A DNA stretch of 63,239 nt, the filler included, from Octopus bimaculoides (lineage: Eukaryota), in NCBI RefSeq assembly GCF_001194135.2. It is 5 parts of 5 records of this genome, joined end to end, with 100 filler letters (N's around TTAATTAATTAA, not from the genome) between each part and the next. Parts side by side here need not be neighbours in the genome. Positions count along the whole stretch, not along the records: positions 23,680 to 28,861 come from NC_069001.1; positions 28,962 to 39,396 come from NC_068997.1; 3 more parts are not named here. One strand, 5' to 3'. The notes below the pieces were generated by a model, which was not told where the DNA came from, searched no databases, and was given only the letters and a program-made list of their open reading frames with translations. Both the position numbers and the translations under genes were made by a program. This document shows, one piece after another, positions 27,969-39,496 of the stretch; position 1 is the first letter of the stretch, and the number at the start of each line of letters is the position of its first letter.

Positions 27969-28760
27969 CTAGCAGCTAAGCCCGGTTTCACCCTGTCAGA
28001 GAACGACGCGAAGAGAGAAACGAAGACATAAAAAAGAGGAAAAAGCGGATACGAAGTGGTGTTTAGGCGACGGATCTTGGTAGAAAAAAAAGAATGTCAT
28101 GGTGAGTTAGTAAGGAGAGCAAAGCAAGACTGGACTTACGTGGGCTGGCAGGACGATGAAAATATTGCGGAGTTGAAATTGGAGCAGTTGAAGTTGCCGT
28201 TGTTATCATTGGAGTGCCTCTTGGTAGACAACATTCTTCGTCCTTCCCTCGGGTGCACAAATAGAAAGACCATGGGGACAGCCAACGTACAGTTGTGCGA
28301 GTGAGAATACTTGCTCTGTCAGATTCAAACCAACCACTTGCACTAATTGTCCCTGCGCCTTGTTGATTGTCATGGGAAAGCAGAGTTTGATGGGAAATTG
28401 CATCTGTTTAAACTTGTAGGTCGTATCGGAGTGGGTAAGGGACATGGGAGTTATAAGTATGTCTTAGCCAGCGGCTAGTTCATTCAAGATTGTTGCCTAC
28501 AGAACTCGGGAGCACAATTTTTTGATAATCATCCGCGTACCATTGCACATTATTGGAGCATCTAAATTCCTTAGCAGCATGATTGGCGCGCCAACTTTCA
28601 GATGCAGTTCGTGAGCTTGTAGTTCTGCGGGTCACCCCTTTTGTCAGATTTGTCATGGGCCGGCCGGTCTATCTCAGATAGATGGGAAGCTGGATTAAAT
28701 TTTTCATCAACACAGGGGAGCCGAAATAATTTTTTTCACTGTCCAAGGGAAGCCAAATCG
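27969..28760 (-). mobile_element. Helitron 3' fragment: degenerate RepHel PIF1-like helicase C-terminus plus 3' terminus
   Basis: Translations LHLKVGAPIMLLRNLDAPILCNGTR and QFPIKLCFPMTINKAQGQ...VFSLAQLYVG...KNVVYQEAL; the element ends with a degenerate CAGG-GTGAAA-CCGG hairpin followed by CTAG|T at 27969. Confidence 0.9.
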
Positions 28761-28861
28761 CGAAAAAGGTTGAGAAATGCTGATCTATAACGATGGTTTT
28801 TATTTAGGCACATCGTAAAAGTAATTATACTGAATTGCTTAATATAAAGAAAAGTATGTTT

Positions 28862-28961
28862 NNNNNNNNNNNNNNNNNNNNNNNNNNNNNNNNNNNNNNN
28901 NNNNNTTAATTAATTAANNNNNNNNNNNNNNNNNNNNNNNNNNNNNNNNNNNNNNNNNNNN
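28862..28961. other. Artificial assembly join: 44 N + TTAATTAATTAA + 44 N
   Basis: Linker at 28906-28917 with identical geometry. Confidence 0.95.
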
Positions 28962-29000
<39 letters not shown>

Positions 29001-29938
29001 TTCAAAAAAACAATAACAAAAAAACAACAAAGTGAGGACGTGATACGGATAGTGTTATTGGACGCTCGGGAAAGGAAAGAGAGAGAGTATACATTCATAT
29101 ATATGTATGTGTATGTATGTCTCTCTCTCTCTATTGATCTATCTATTTATATGCTGTTGTGTGTGTGAGTAGAGTAAGGTTGATAAACACTAAAAAGAAC
29201 ATCACAGAAGCAACAATAAAGTGTTGGTTTTAACGCTTGACAAGTTGAACAAGTTGAAACCAAAGAGTTATAACGCTTAGGGTAATATTTAGTTACTGCT
29301 ACAATGTACCAAAGATCATATGAATAGATTGTTGATGTTTTTTAGCCAACCCCGTCTGCTAAGAAGTTTATAAACTGTTCGAACAGAAGAACGTGTGCAA
29401 ACAAAGAAGAAAAAAAGATATCGAGGACAGCTCTCGTATGTTTCAATTCTTTTGTTGAAACTTCGTCAGCCAGTGTGTACTACCTTTAGCTATCGACAAA
29501 CATTGCTTATAAACCCATTAATATATGAGGTTAGGTTAGGTTAAAGTGGACCAGCTAATTTGCATCCGTAATATTTTCGTAGCAACGAGATTGAACATTG
29601 AATTACCAGTATTTTGTTTCGTTGCTATAATATATTGTAGAACATATCAATAAATCATTTCTTCTTTTGTTATTAGCTTTTGTGTGTGACGACGATTGTA
29701 AACAACTTGTCTGTACAATATGTGAGCGGACACAAAAAGGGGGAACAGCTGTTTGTGCGTTTCAACGTTCTTTTTTGAGTTTTCACCAATCGTTGTGTAG
29801 CGCATTTAGCTATTTATAAGCACATTGTTCTTGCTCATACACCATCTCAAAGCAAACAGGATGGACTGATTTTCATATCTAATACTTTTAGGGTAGCTAG
29901 ATGGAACATTACATAACTAGTGAGTCATTTATTACAAT

Positions 29939-30200
29939 GTGAAGGCGCATGGCTCAGTGGTTAGAGTGTCGGACTCACAAACATGAGGTAGTGAGTTCGA
30001 TTGCCGAACAGGACTGTGTGTTGTGTTCTTGAGCCAGATACTTTATTTCATGCTGCTCCAGTTCACTCAGCCGTAGAAATGAGTCGCGACGTCATCACTA
30101 GCAGCCAAGCTGTATCAGCCTTTGCCTTTCCCTTGGAAAAACACCGGTGGCGTGAAGAGGAGTGGCTGGTAGGCTCCCATAAACAGCTTCTGTAAGCAAG
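29939..30200 (+). mobile_element. tRNA-derived SINE, family D
   Basis: gtgaaggcgcatggctcagtggttagag head; core gctccagttcactcagc...ccttggaaaa matches the minus-strand copy at 41726. Confidence 0.88.
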
Positions 30201-30594
30201 TCGGGTGGTCACAAATTACTGAAATGGTTGCGCACGGCAATGAAAGAACTTTCACGAACAAACACACCGATCACCTCTTAAACACATGAACAATCGATAT
30301 TTACCATTAACTAATAGTAAAGGAGTTAAATTGAACTGTTCATGTGTTATTATTAATTGGCATAATGACTCTCCTAAGACATAACAAAATTTGTTTCAAC
30401 ACACGAATTCATATCAAGAATCTTGCAAACCACATACAGAAACGAAATAAACTCCAAACTTGTTTTATGTAAAAGAACCATGATAGAAAGGATATTAAAC
30501 TTATTTCTATATATCATATAAATGCAGTTATGAAAATGTCAAATATAATTTTAGGGGAGGTCACTCTAACTCCTTAACCTCTAAAGACTACATT

Positions 30595-30955
30595 TTGGGG
30601 GGGGGGGGTGAGGTAAGAAGCTTGCTTCCCAACCCCATGTTTCCGGGTTCAGTCCCACAGCATGGCACCTTGGGCAAGTGTTTTCTACTATAGACTTGGG
30701 CTGACCAAAGCCTTGTGAATGGATTTGTTAGACGGAAACTGAAAGAAGACTGTCGCGCGCGCGCGTCACCACCACTTGACAACCGGCGTTGATGTGTTTA
30801 TGTCCCTGTAACTTAGCATTTTTACAAAAGATAGTGAGTGACTAAGTACCAGGCTTTAAAAAGATTAAATACTGCAGTGGCTTCGTCCGACTAAAATTCT
30901 TCAAGGTGATGCTCCAGCATGGCTGCAATCAAATGACTGAAACAAGAAAAAGATA
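30595..30955 (+). mobile_element. Family-B SINE, near full-length
   Basis: gtaagaagcttgcttcccaacc...ggcaccttgggcaagtg...gacggaaactgaaagaag...tgactgaaacaagaaaaag. Confidence 0.9.
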
Positions 30956-31331
30956 AACTTCATATTTCATTGTTGTTACAGGATTTCTTAATATTATATC
31001 GCACAGACGATGAGAAACTGTGATAATATCTATATTTTTTTTTGTTTTGTTTTTTCTTTTATGTCGGAATCAAAACATTAAGATCTACAGTATTTAGAAT
31101 TAAGATTTCTGTTGCGTAAACAACGGGATTAATTGAATTATGAATTAGATATTACGTTTATGCATTAATTTTGCAAGACTCTTAATGTGAAACTGTATGT
31201 CGAAATATATTGTTATTCCTTAACAGGTACTGATAATCTAGATTATTACTTTTCAAAACCATATACGGCTTGTTCGCAAATATTTTTACTAACGTTCGAA
31301 ATGTGTATTTATGCTAATTATACCTAACATT

Positions 31332-31550
31332 AAGGCGGTGAGATGGCAGAACCGTTAACACGCCGGGGAAAATAGTTAGCGGCATTTCGTCCACCTTTAC
31401 GTTCTCAGTTCAAATTCCACCGGGGTCGACTTTGCATTTCATCCTTTCGGATCGATAAAATAAATACCAGTTGAGCCTGCAGTTGATGTAATCGACTAGC
31501 CCCCACTCTCCCAAAATTCCAAGCTTTTGGCCTATTGTAGACAGGAAATA
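31332..31550 (+). mobile_element. Family-A SINE
   Basis: Family head and body; ata(c/t)ctaacatt flanking repeats. Confidence 0.88.
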
Positions 31551-31834
31551 TATCTAACATTGAAATGATTTAGTGTCATAGTTACGTAGTCCGTTCCGTT
31601 ATAATTTATGTTAGATGTGACAAGAGCTGCATACGTAAGTGATTTTTCTGGAAAATTGTTGATTTAGTGTATGTTTTGTGAATAGCTATTAATGTCTTGA
31701 GTTTTTAATAGTCTTTGTGCTCTTGAGTTGAATTATTCATTCGTTTTATTATTAATGGATGGTATTATGTTATAAGTTATTGTGTTTTAGTGACTTCCAT
31801 TGATAGCTTTGTGGGTAGCCGAAGAATAACGGTG

Positions 31835-31884
31835 TATACTCTCTGATGAGGGAAAAATCATCTCGAAACAGATCTATAAGAATA
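31835..31884 (+). ncRNA. Degenerate type I hammerhead ribozyme motif (Penelope-like element-associated type)
   Basis: Stem I (uacucu/agaaua, 5 of 6 pairs) - CUGAUGA - stem II GGGA/UCUC - GAAAC - palindromic AGAUCU - AUA (G16.2 changed to A). Confidence 0.6.
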
Positions 31885-32180
31885 ATCTCAATTATCTTTC
31901 TGGTGACTTCGGAAAACAATAAGATATTTTAACATCGTCTTCCATCTGCACAGCCAATGCTTTCAAATGAATAATTAAACTTCTCAATATTATACATATT
32001 CAGATATTCTGAGTCATGCTGTATTCCCCATGAATACATTCTATTTTAATTTACTACGAGGTTAACTAACGTATTATATGCAAATCAAGTGAGGAAAGCT
32101 CTATGAAAGCTGTATGCTAATAAGATCTTACTTCACCGAACATTTTAAATGTTGTTGTTGTTATCATTATTCACTGAACA

Positions 32181-32231
<51 letters not shown>

Positions 32232-32539
32232 TTTTAGATTACATATAACTGATGTAATGAAATGGAATAATGACTGAAGCAAAACTATTAAGAATTACTG
32301 ACAGAAGGCAGAAATGAAGCTCGTCATGTCTGACGGATGCTACACTTACGTAGGTGTCTGTACGTGTGCGCCCACGCACATGTGTATGTTTATGGATGCG
32401 TGTATGTATGTATGTTTGCGATTAGTCCCCTACCAAAATCATATAACGATTTAAATGAATATTTTAATGTGTTTATTTTAATGTGCTTATTTGTATATAA
32501 TTGTAAATGCTAAACTGAATGTGAAGCCAATATTTTCAG

Positions 32540-32714
32540 AGAAGGTAGACACCAGCCCAGTTATTGTAGATGGCAAACTCTCTGAAGAAGGTCATTGGCC
32601 CTGGATGGTCTCCATTACTGCGAAACACAGACGGAAAATATTCAACTGTGGAGGCATGCTTATTACTAAATATTGGGTCCTCACAGCGGCACATTGTCTT
32701 TATGTCAATGAAAT
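32540..32714 (+). CDS. S1A (trypsin/chymotrypsin-family) serine protease, exon with mature N-terminus and catalytic His
   Basis: ttttcAG acceptor; KVDTSPV-IVDGKLSEEGHWPWMVSI...FNCGGMLITKYWVLTAAHCLY contains the WPW, CGG and TAAHC motifs; donor AT|GTAAGT (phase 2). Confidence 0.95.
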
Positions 32715-33591
32715 GTAAGTTAAATATTGATCTCTTTGTTGTCCTTATTTTTGTTGTCTTTGGGTCCGATGGCTTGTCAGAATTGATGAAGTGACGAATT
32801 AAATGCCTTCTAGTATTTAGTTGTGTCATTATACTTTCTGAAATCAAATTCCACTGAAATTGATTTTTTTACTTACACTCTACCAAGGTCGATAAAGTAG
32901 GTATTAGGTTGACAAAATTATTATTAGAGAATAGATTATAAGAATTTGCTACTTACCTAACTACGATCGATAAAATAAATATCAATCAAATACCGAACCT
33001 AGTATTAATAGCTATATCTCCTCCTCAAATTTTTTAATCATAGTTTTGTCAAAAATTATTATTATTAATATTGAAAATACCGTTCAAGCAGCGAGCTGGC
33101 AGAAACATTAACAGACCAGTAAAACGCTAAACAGTCATTTGGGATTTGAATGACTTTGTTATGGGCAGATCATCGCACCAGTGACAGAATATGATTGGCC
33201 AATGTGTGGCGTGACAGAGAATACAGCTATAAACAAGTTTTGTTCTCAATTGATGCATTGAAAAAGAAAAAGAAAATTAAGCTTCAGAGTTACGACTGAT
33301 TTGTGTGGCATGGCTTCTTCGATATTTGGAAAGTAGACTGTTTATGAAATTCATTGCCGGCAACCATAATATACTATAAAGTATATTAAACGTTTCTTAT
33401 AACACGTCCCACTGTGTTAGCAGTTCAATTTTCGATCAGTCTAGATATCGGAGTTATTTTACCTTTCTTGTTTAGAATTATCGACAAGATCAATAACTTT
33501 TCTCTTCATTACGGGTAGATTTTAATTGTTTAAACATTTTCTAGCTGTATAAACCATGTTAGTTTCCACTCAACGATATTTAGAAGAAGAA

Positions 33592-33788
33592 AGGCGGCGA
33601 GCTGGCAGAAACGTTAGCGCGCCGGGTATTTCGTCTGTTTTTACGTTCTGAGTTCAAATTCCGCCGAGGTCGACTTTGCGTTTCATCCTTTCGGGGCCGA
33701 TAAATTAAGTACCGGTTGCATACTGGGGTCGATCTAATCGGCGGACCTCCTCCCCCAAAATTTCAGGCCTTGTACCTAGAGTAGAAAA
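33592..33788 (+). mobile_element. tRNA-derived SINE, family A, full-length with TSD (protease intron)
   Basis: ggcggcgagctggcagaaacgttagc head and B-box gagttcaaattcc; 17-bp direct repeat gatatttagaagaagaa at 33575-33591 and 33789-33805. Confidence 0.92.
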
Positions 33789-34162
33789 GATATTTAGAAG
33801 AAGAAGAATCATTTTGATTAATATTGTCATTTTGTACAACGAGTAACTTAGTGTTTTTCTCGACGTGTATTATTTTTTATTGGTTTCTTTTTCACGATAT
33901 AATAAAACCTTCTGTTTTAGGCAGGAAGGTTATAATATATTGTGCCTTTTCTTATGGGGGACTGAAATTGTGTCGAAGTTTTTTCTTGCCGAGAGCTTCC
34001 CTCTTATAATAAAGTACGAGTTATTTTATCTGAAGATATAATTCCTGTCGTTAATACAAAACCTGCTTAAGCAAGTACGAAACTAAGAGAGAAAATATCA
34101 CAGCGTTTCTTCTTTCATTCTGAAGGACATTTACGATATAAGTTGAATAAACGGTATATCGT

Positions 34163-34543
34163 GGCACTTCGTCGGTTACGACGACGAGTGTTCCAGTTGA
34201 TCCGATCAACGGAACAGCCTACTCGTGAAATTAACGTGCAAGTGGCTGAGCACTCCACAGACACGTGTACCCTTAACGTAGTTCTCGGGGAGATTCAGCG
34301 TAACACACAGTGTGATAGGGCTGGCCCTTTGAAATACAAGTACCACAGAAACAGGAAGAAAGAATGAGAGAAAGTTGTGGTGAAAAAATACAGCATGCTT
34401 CGCCAACATCCCCTGCCGGAGCCTCGTAGAGCTTTAGGTGTTTTCGCTCAATAAACACTCACAACGCCCGGCCTAGGAATTGAAACCGCGACCCTACGTC
34501 CCCCGAGTCTGACGTCCTAACCACTGGGCCATTGTGCCTCCGC
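34163..34543 (-). mobile_element. tRNA-derived SINE, family C, near full-length
   Basis: tRNA-like head gcggaggcacaatggcccagtggttagg on the minus strand; tail cggttacgacgacgag shared with 22818-22975. Confidence 0.85.
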
Positions 34544-36485
34544 GAACGGTATAAACGTAGATTGCAAGGTGTTTTTCTCTAGAGAATTCGTCATTCTCCA
34601 ACAGCACCATATTTCTGTGAAGTTATAATCGAGCATTTCCGATCAGTTAACATTTGAGTCGTGCAAATTTGGTGGCTTTAAAAAGAATGATGAGCTCCAA
34701 AAAAAAAAACAAAAAAAATTCTATTGCAACAGCTGCTTAAAAAATAAATACGTCTTCATCGAAGGACCAGCTTGACAGAAAGTCAACAAATAATAACCTG
34801 TTAACAATATCAACTTTAATTCTAATAACAATTAACATTAGCTTTAACTTTAATAGTAGCTATTTAAAAAATATCAACCACTGATATCCTGAGGTGATTG
34901 GATAAAAAAATAATCCAGCCAGTTTCTCTTATAAGTTACTTAATGATTGCATTGACTCATGATGTTAAAATATTTTCGATCAGATCCGTATATCCCTCAT
35001 AACCTATCGTAACCCAAATGAATGTCTATATGCGCGCAGGCTTGTGTGTGTGTATGAATATGTATATGTATATCCATATCTCTCTGAGAAAATTCAGAGA
35101 AAGATAAGATAATCACTAGATATTAGATGTTCCACTAGTGTCTCAGGCATATTATATTCGGATCATACCATTAGCGAGCAGCTTCGTGAAACCATTCATT
35201 ATCACATAGCCACCATGAAAACTTCACAACGAAGAATAATTGCAGGTATAACTATTTGACAAGTTCCAGTAGATTAGTAAAGAAACTGTAGGGGCTGGAA
35301 GAAAGAAAATCTGACAGACGAAAGGATGAATGAACATCAAGGAATGGAGAAGCAAATCCTCTGCAGAGAGCCCGTACTCTGGCACACAGATGGAGTACAG
35401 TGGTGCTCAACATAATGTTGCCTTTGCGATTCTATCAGGAGAGATCAAGTAAGTAAGCAAGTATCTATAAGTATATGTGCCTGTCTGTCTGACAACAGAT
35501 CACCTGTCTCTCGACATTTCTGCTCTACTAACCGCTTCACCCAACACCTCCCAGTCTTCGGTTTCGCTTCAACCATCGAATCTCCCAACACTCGCTTCCC
35601 AAGAATTTTGCGATATACAAAACCGCACTTAATATCTTTTTATATTCGTTCCGAGAAAACAATTTTGCGGCCATCAATATTTCATTTTTTTCCTTTTCTT
35701 CCTCTTTTTTTTTTCTTTTTCACAGTACTACATATGGCAAATCTGATTTTCATTAATCATCGTGTACCTTACTCGAAAAATTTAAGTACATATACTTGTG
35801 AAAATTCGTTTATGCCTAAATCTTAATATCAAGAGCTAATCATTTTCTCCAGATCTTCATTTTAAAATATCTAGATCCCATAGGGTGAAAACAGGTTCTT
35901 ATTTGCATATATATACTCATCTATATGTGTGTGTATACATACACATTNNNNNNNNNNNNNNNNNNNNNNNNNNNNNNNNNNNNNNNNNNNNNNNNNNNNN
36001 NNNNNNNNNNNNNNNNNNNNNNNNNNNNNNNNNNNNNNNNNNNNNNNTACATGTCTTTTCATTTCTTCTGTTCTCATTTTATGTCATTAAATTTTTTTTT
36101 AAACTTTTAATTTGTTCAAAGACGGTAATAAGCTGATAATTAGATGTCCTTAAATACCCCTCGCACCCCGTATATTCTTAACATTACGCATTATATGATG
36201 AATAATACAGTAGTTTGATTAATATACCGGTCAGAAACGACATCTGCAGGCTATTTTGAAGTTCAACTGTACTCACTAATTTAAGCAATATAAATATTTA
36301 AAGAAATAGAAATAAACTTTTTAGAATCATATGAATATCCCGTGAAACGCTAAAAATTCTAATACACCTTAGAGACCAGTAATTACTCGATGCGATCATT
36401 CATGTCACTCCATGCGATCATTCATACTGCCATATTATGTCACTCTTAAATGTTTGTATAATACAATGTAAATATCTTTTCACAG

Positions 36486-36555
36486 GACTATGGTCCTGAC
36501 ACACATGTATCTAAGGTTTCTAAATACATTCATCATCCTGGTTTTGTCATGGCAG
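36486..36555 (+). CDS. Serine protease internal exon (DYGPDTHVSKVSKYIHHPGFVMA)
   Basis: ttttcacAG acceptor with a long AG-free upstream zone; IHHPGF matches the (I/V)xHPxY motif preceding Asp102; donor CAG|GTGAGT, phase 1, joins the next exon in frame. Confidence 0.85.
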
Positions 36556-37137
36556 GTGAGTATTGCATTTCCAAAGTAAATACGTTTTAAATTTTACTTT
36601 TTAACTGCACAAATGGCCGTGGACGCCCGAATTTAATACCTTGTTGTTGAATTGTCTTATTCGTATAGTTAATTATTCTGAGAAATAATTTGCTGAGCTG
36701 CTTAACACTTATCCCAATGTCTTCTTTATATTCTAGCAGGGGTAAATCTTTTATCAAAAAAGAATAACCACTCACTAGTTCAGCCCAATTAACCGCAAAC
36801 AGATATAGAATGTGCAATTAACCACTATAATTAGCGGGAACACTGATATAAATAATGTTTCGTACGTTCAAACTGCTGATCTTAACTCATTCGCCTATAA
36901 AACTGGAAAAAGCCATGAAAAATTTGTTCCACTCTATTTCTCTCTTGAATACAATAAAATGAACAAGAGTCACCATTTGAGGAGGCAATAATGATATTGA
37001 CTCTGACATAATTTTATTGTGAAAGTGAATGTCCTTTCGAACAAATCACTCATGTGGAAATTAAACTGAACTTTTTTATCGACCACCTCTAATTCTTTTG
37101 GTTTCTAGTAATTTTCTTTTCTTAGCCTTGTAAAAGT

Positions 37138-37295
37138 AGTGGAGGCACGTGGCTTAGTGGTTAGGGTATTCGGTTCACGATCGTGAGTTCGATACCCGGC
37201 AGTGCATTGAATCCCAGCTGGCAAAAATGAGCTGTACCTGCATTTCAGAGGGCCAGCTTTGTCACATTCTGTGTGCCTCGCTTTCTAATTTCATA
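37138..37295 (+). mobile_element. SINE 5' part (family C-like head)
   Basis: gtggaggcacgtggcttagtggttagg...gagttcgatacccgg (A and B boxes); body matches the family-C core. Confidence 0.75.
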
Positions 37296-37731
37296 ATGTT
37301 NNNNNNNNNNNNNNNNNNNNNNNNNNNNNNNNNNNNNNNNNNNNNNNNNNNNNNNNNNNNNNNNNNNNNNNNNNNNNNNNNNNNNNNNNNNNNNNNNNNN
37401 NNNNNNNNNNNNNNNNNNNNNNNNNNNNNNNNNNNNNNNNNNNNNNNNNNNNNNNNNNNNNNNNNNNNNNNNNNNNNNNNNNNNNNNNNNNNNNNNNNNN
37501 NNNNCGATAAAATAAGTACCAGCTGAACAGTGGGGTCGATGTAATCGACTTAGCCCCTCTCTCAAACCTACTGGCCTTGTGCTGAAATTCGAAACCAATT
37601 TAATCATTTATCATGCAATTCTGATACACTCGTTTTTTGTTTGTTTGTTTTTTGTGGGAGTAGAATAATACTGGCGACCGTTATAAATTGTTAACATAAC
37701 TGTTCTAAATGGCAAAAATATTGTTTTTCAG

Positions 37732-37881
37732 ACCTACATAAGAAAAACAATGATATTGCATTATTGAAAATGTCCAATCCGGTGCCAAGTAAAGATTTTC
37801 AACCGATTATTATTGGTCCACCAAATATTCCGAAAATAGGGGACATGTGCATGGCTATGGGATGGGGGTGTGATAAATATG
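37732..37881 (+). CDS. Serine protease exon with catalytic Asp (NDIALLK) and GWG motif
   Basis: tgtttttcAG acceptor; (D)LHKKNNDIALLKMSNPVPSKDFQPIIIGPPNIPKIGDMCMAMGWGCDKY; donor G|GTAAGT; phase 1-1, 150 nt. The Ser195 (GDSGGP) exon was not found before the contig end at 39396. Confidence 0.93.
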
Positions 37882-38402
37882 GTAAGTAATTAGTTTCTAT
37901 CTGTCAACTAATTTGCATATAATAACTTCAATTGTTTGATTAATAATCACACACTTCTGGGAGAAAAAAAACATTACCAAGATCGTAGGACAAGCGGTAT
38001 CATTTATAACTGTATTTTTTCATTTCATTTCTTTAATTAGTTTTTCACAGTTCAAATCTAACGATTTGAAATGCAAAATATGTATTTATGTATACATGCA
38101 AAACGAGAGAAAGCAAAAAGTGGAAACTTAGAAAAGATCTTACATTTCATTGTGATCTGAAATGTAAGATCTTTCCTATCCCGATGACGGAGGCTCGATT
38201 TATCAATATTAATTGCTTCCAACTCGGCCACATAATGTTATGAACAACATCTACAAACATTATGATGGATCTCTGAGTCCCCAGAAACAGCAGTTGGACT
38301 TAAAACATTTTTCTTCTTCCCCTTCAATTTTCTCTCTCGTTTGTACTCTGTGTAAGTTGGGTCTGTTAATATAAGTATCTATATATTTATACTTAAATAT
38401 TC

Positions 38403-38615
38403 TTTTCTACTCTAAGCACAAAGCCCGAAATTTTGGCGGAGGGGATCCAGTCGATTAGATCGACCCCAGCATGCAACTGATTCTTAATTTATCAACCCCG
38501 AAAGAATGAAAGGCAAAGTCGACCTCGATGGAATTTGAACTCAGAACGCAAAGACAGATGAAATGCTTCTAAACATTTCGCCCGGCGTGCTAACGTTTCT
38601 GCCAGCTCGCCATCT
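38403..38615 (-). mobile_element. tRNA-derived SINE, family A, full-length with TSD (protease intron)
   Basis: Reverse complement of the 33592 copy; 19-bp TSD tatttatacttaaatattc at 38384-38402 and 38616-38634. Confidence 0.92.
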
Positions 38616-39396
38616 TATTTATACTTAAATATTCATCGTATGATGTCTCCACTTTTTGCTTTCTCTCGTTTTGCCTGTATACATAAAAACATCTTTTATA
38701 TTTCATACCCAGAGTGTTAGATTTAATATATGTTTATCCGTCTAATTGCCTTCATATCTGCTCAACTTCAACCCTCTTATAGCCATTCTTTACTCCATGG
38801 AATTGATCCCTCATAAAGACATGGGACTAAGTGTCTTTCATACTGAGAATCTTTGGATTTCATCCGTTTACTCTGTGTGGGGGAGTGGGGAGGTGCATCT
38901 GTGTGTGTGTGTGTAAACTTTCTTCTAAATTGCGAATTAAAAAATTTCAAATATATTTTTTGATGTTTTGTGTGTTTATGTGATTAAAAACTAATTTTCA
39001 GAATGCATATGTTTCATAAATTATTTTAGGATAGTATCTTTCGTCAACTTCTTGTAAGATGTTACTGTTACTGTAATTCTGTTTACAACAGGTTGATATA
39101 CTCGTGATAAAATATTGGCTACAGTACAATCGTGTATGAAACTGTGACCAATATATCGGCACATATTCAATGTAATTATAGTGGTTAATCTGGAGAAACA
39201 TCGAATTAAAACGAGCTTTTGCTGAAGAGACACATGCAAATCTTAAGCTTGTTTGCACGTACAAAATCTAAGTTATTTTCTGAAACATCTACATGTCTTT
39301 TAGTTACTTTAATGCCTTGAAAACAACACTGTGTATATAGATAGACAGAGAGCGAGAGAGAAAGAGATAATAAATTATATATACATACATATATAT

Positions 39397-39496
39397 NNNN
39401 NNNNNNNNNNNNNNNNNNNNNNNNNNNNNNNNNNNNNNNNTTAATTAATTAANNNNNNNNNNNNNNNNNNNNNNNNNNNNNNNNNNNNNNNNNNNN
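39397..39496. other. Artificial assembly join: 44 N + TTAATTAATTAA + 44 N
   Basis: Linker at 39441-39452 with identical geometry. Confidence 0.95.

Noticed and set aside
29395-29832. Two diverged direct copies (~60-65% similar) with a faint GIY-YIG-like reading on the minus strand
   Set aside because: Similarity is low and fragmentary; most likely ancient repeat debris, so no feature is called.
29939-30020. tRNA-like sequences at SINE heads as true tRNA genes
   Set aside because: They have A/B boxes but no closable cloverleaf or acceptor stem, and continue into SINE bodies.
32314-32353. ATGAAGCTCGTC...GTAG|GT as the protease signal-peptide exon
   Set aside because: The phase fits, but MKLVMSDGCYTYV lacks a hydrophobic core.
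24820-37881. Functional clustering of the IF gene with the protease gene
   Set aside because: They are separated by an artificial linker at 28862-28961, so the adjacency is not evidence.
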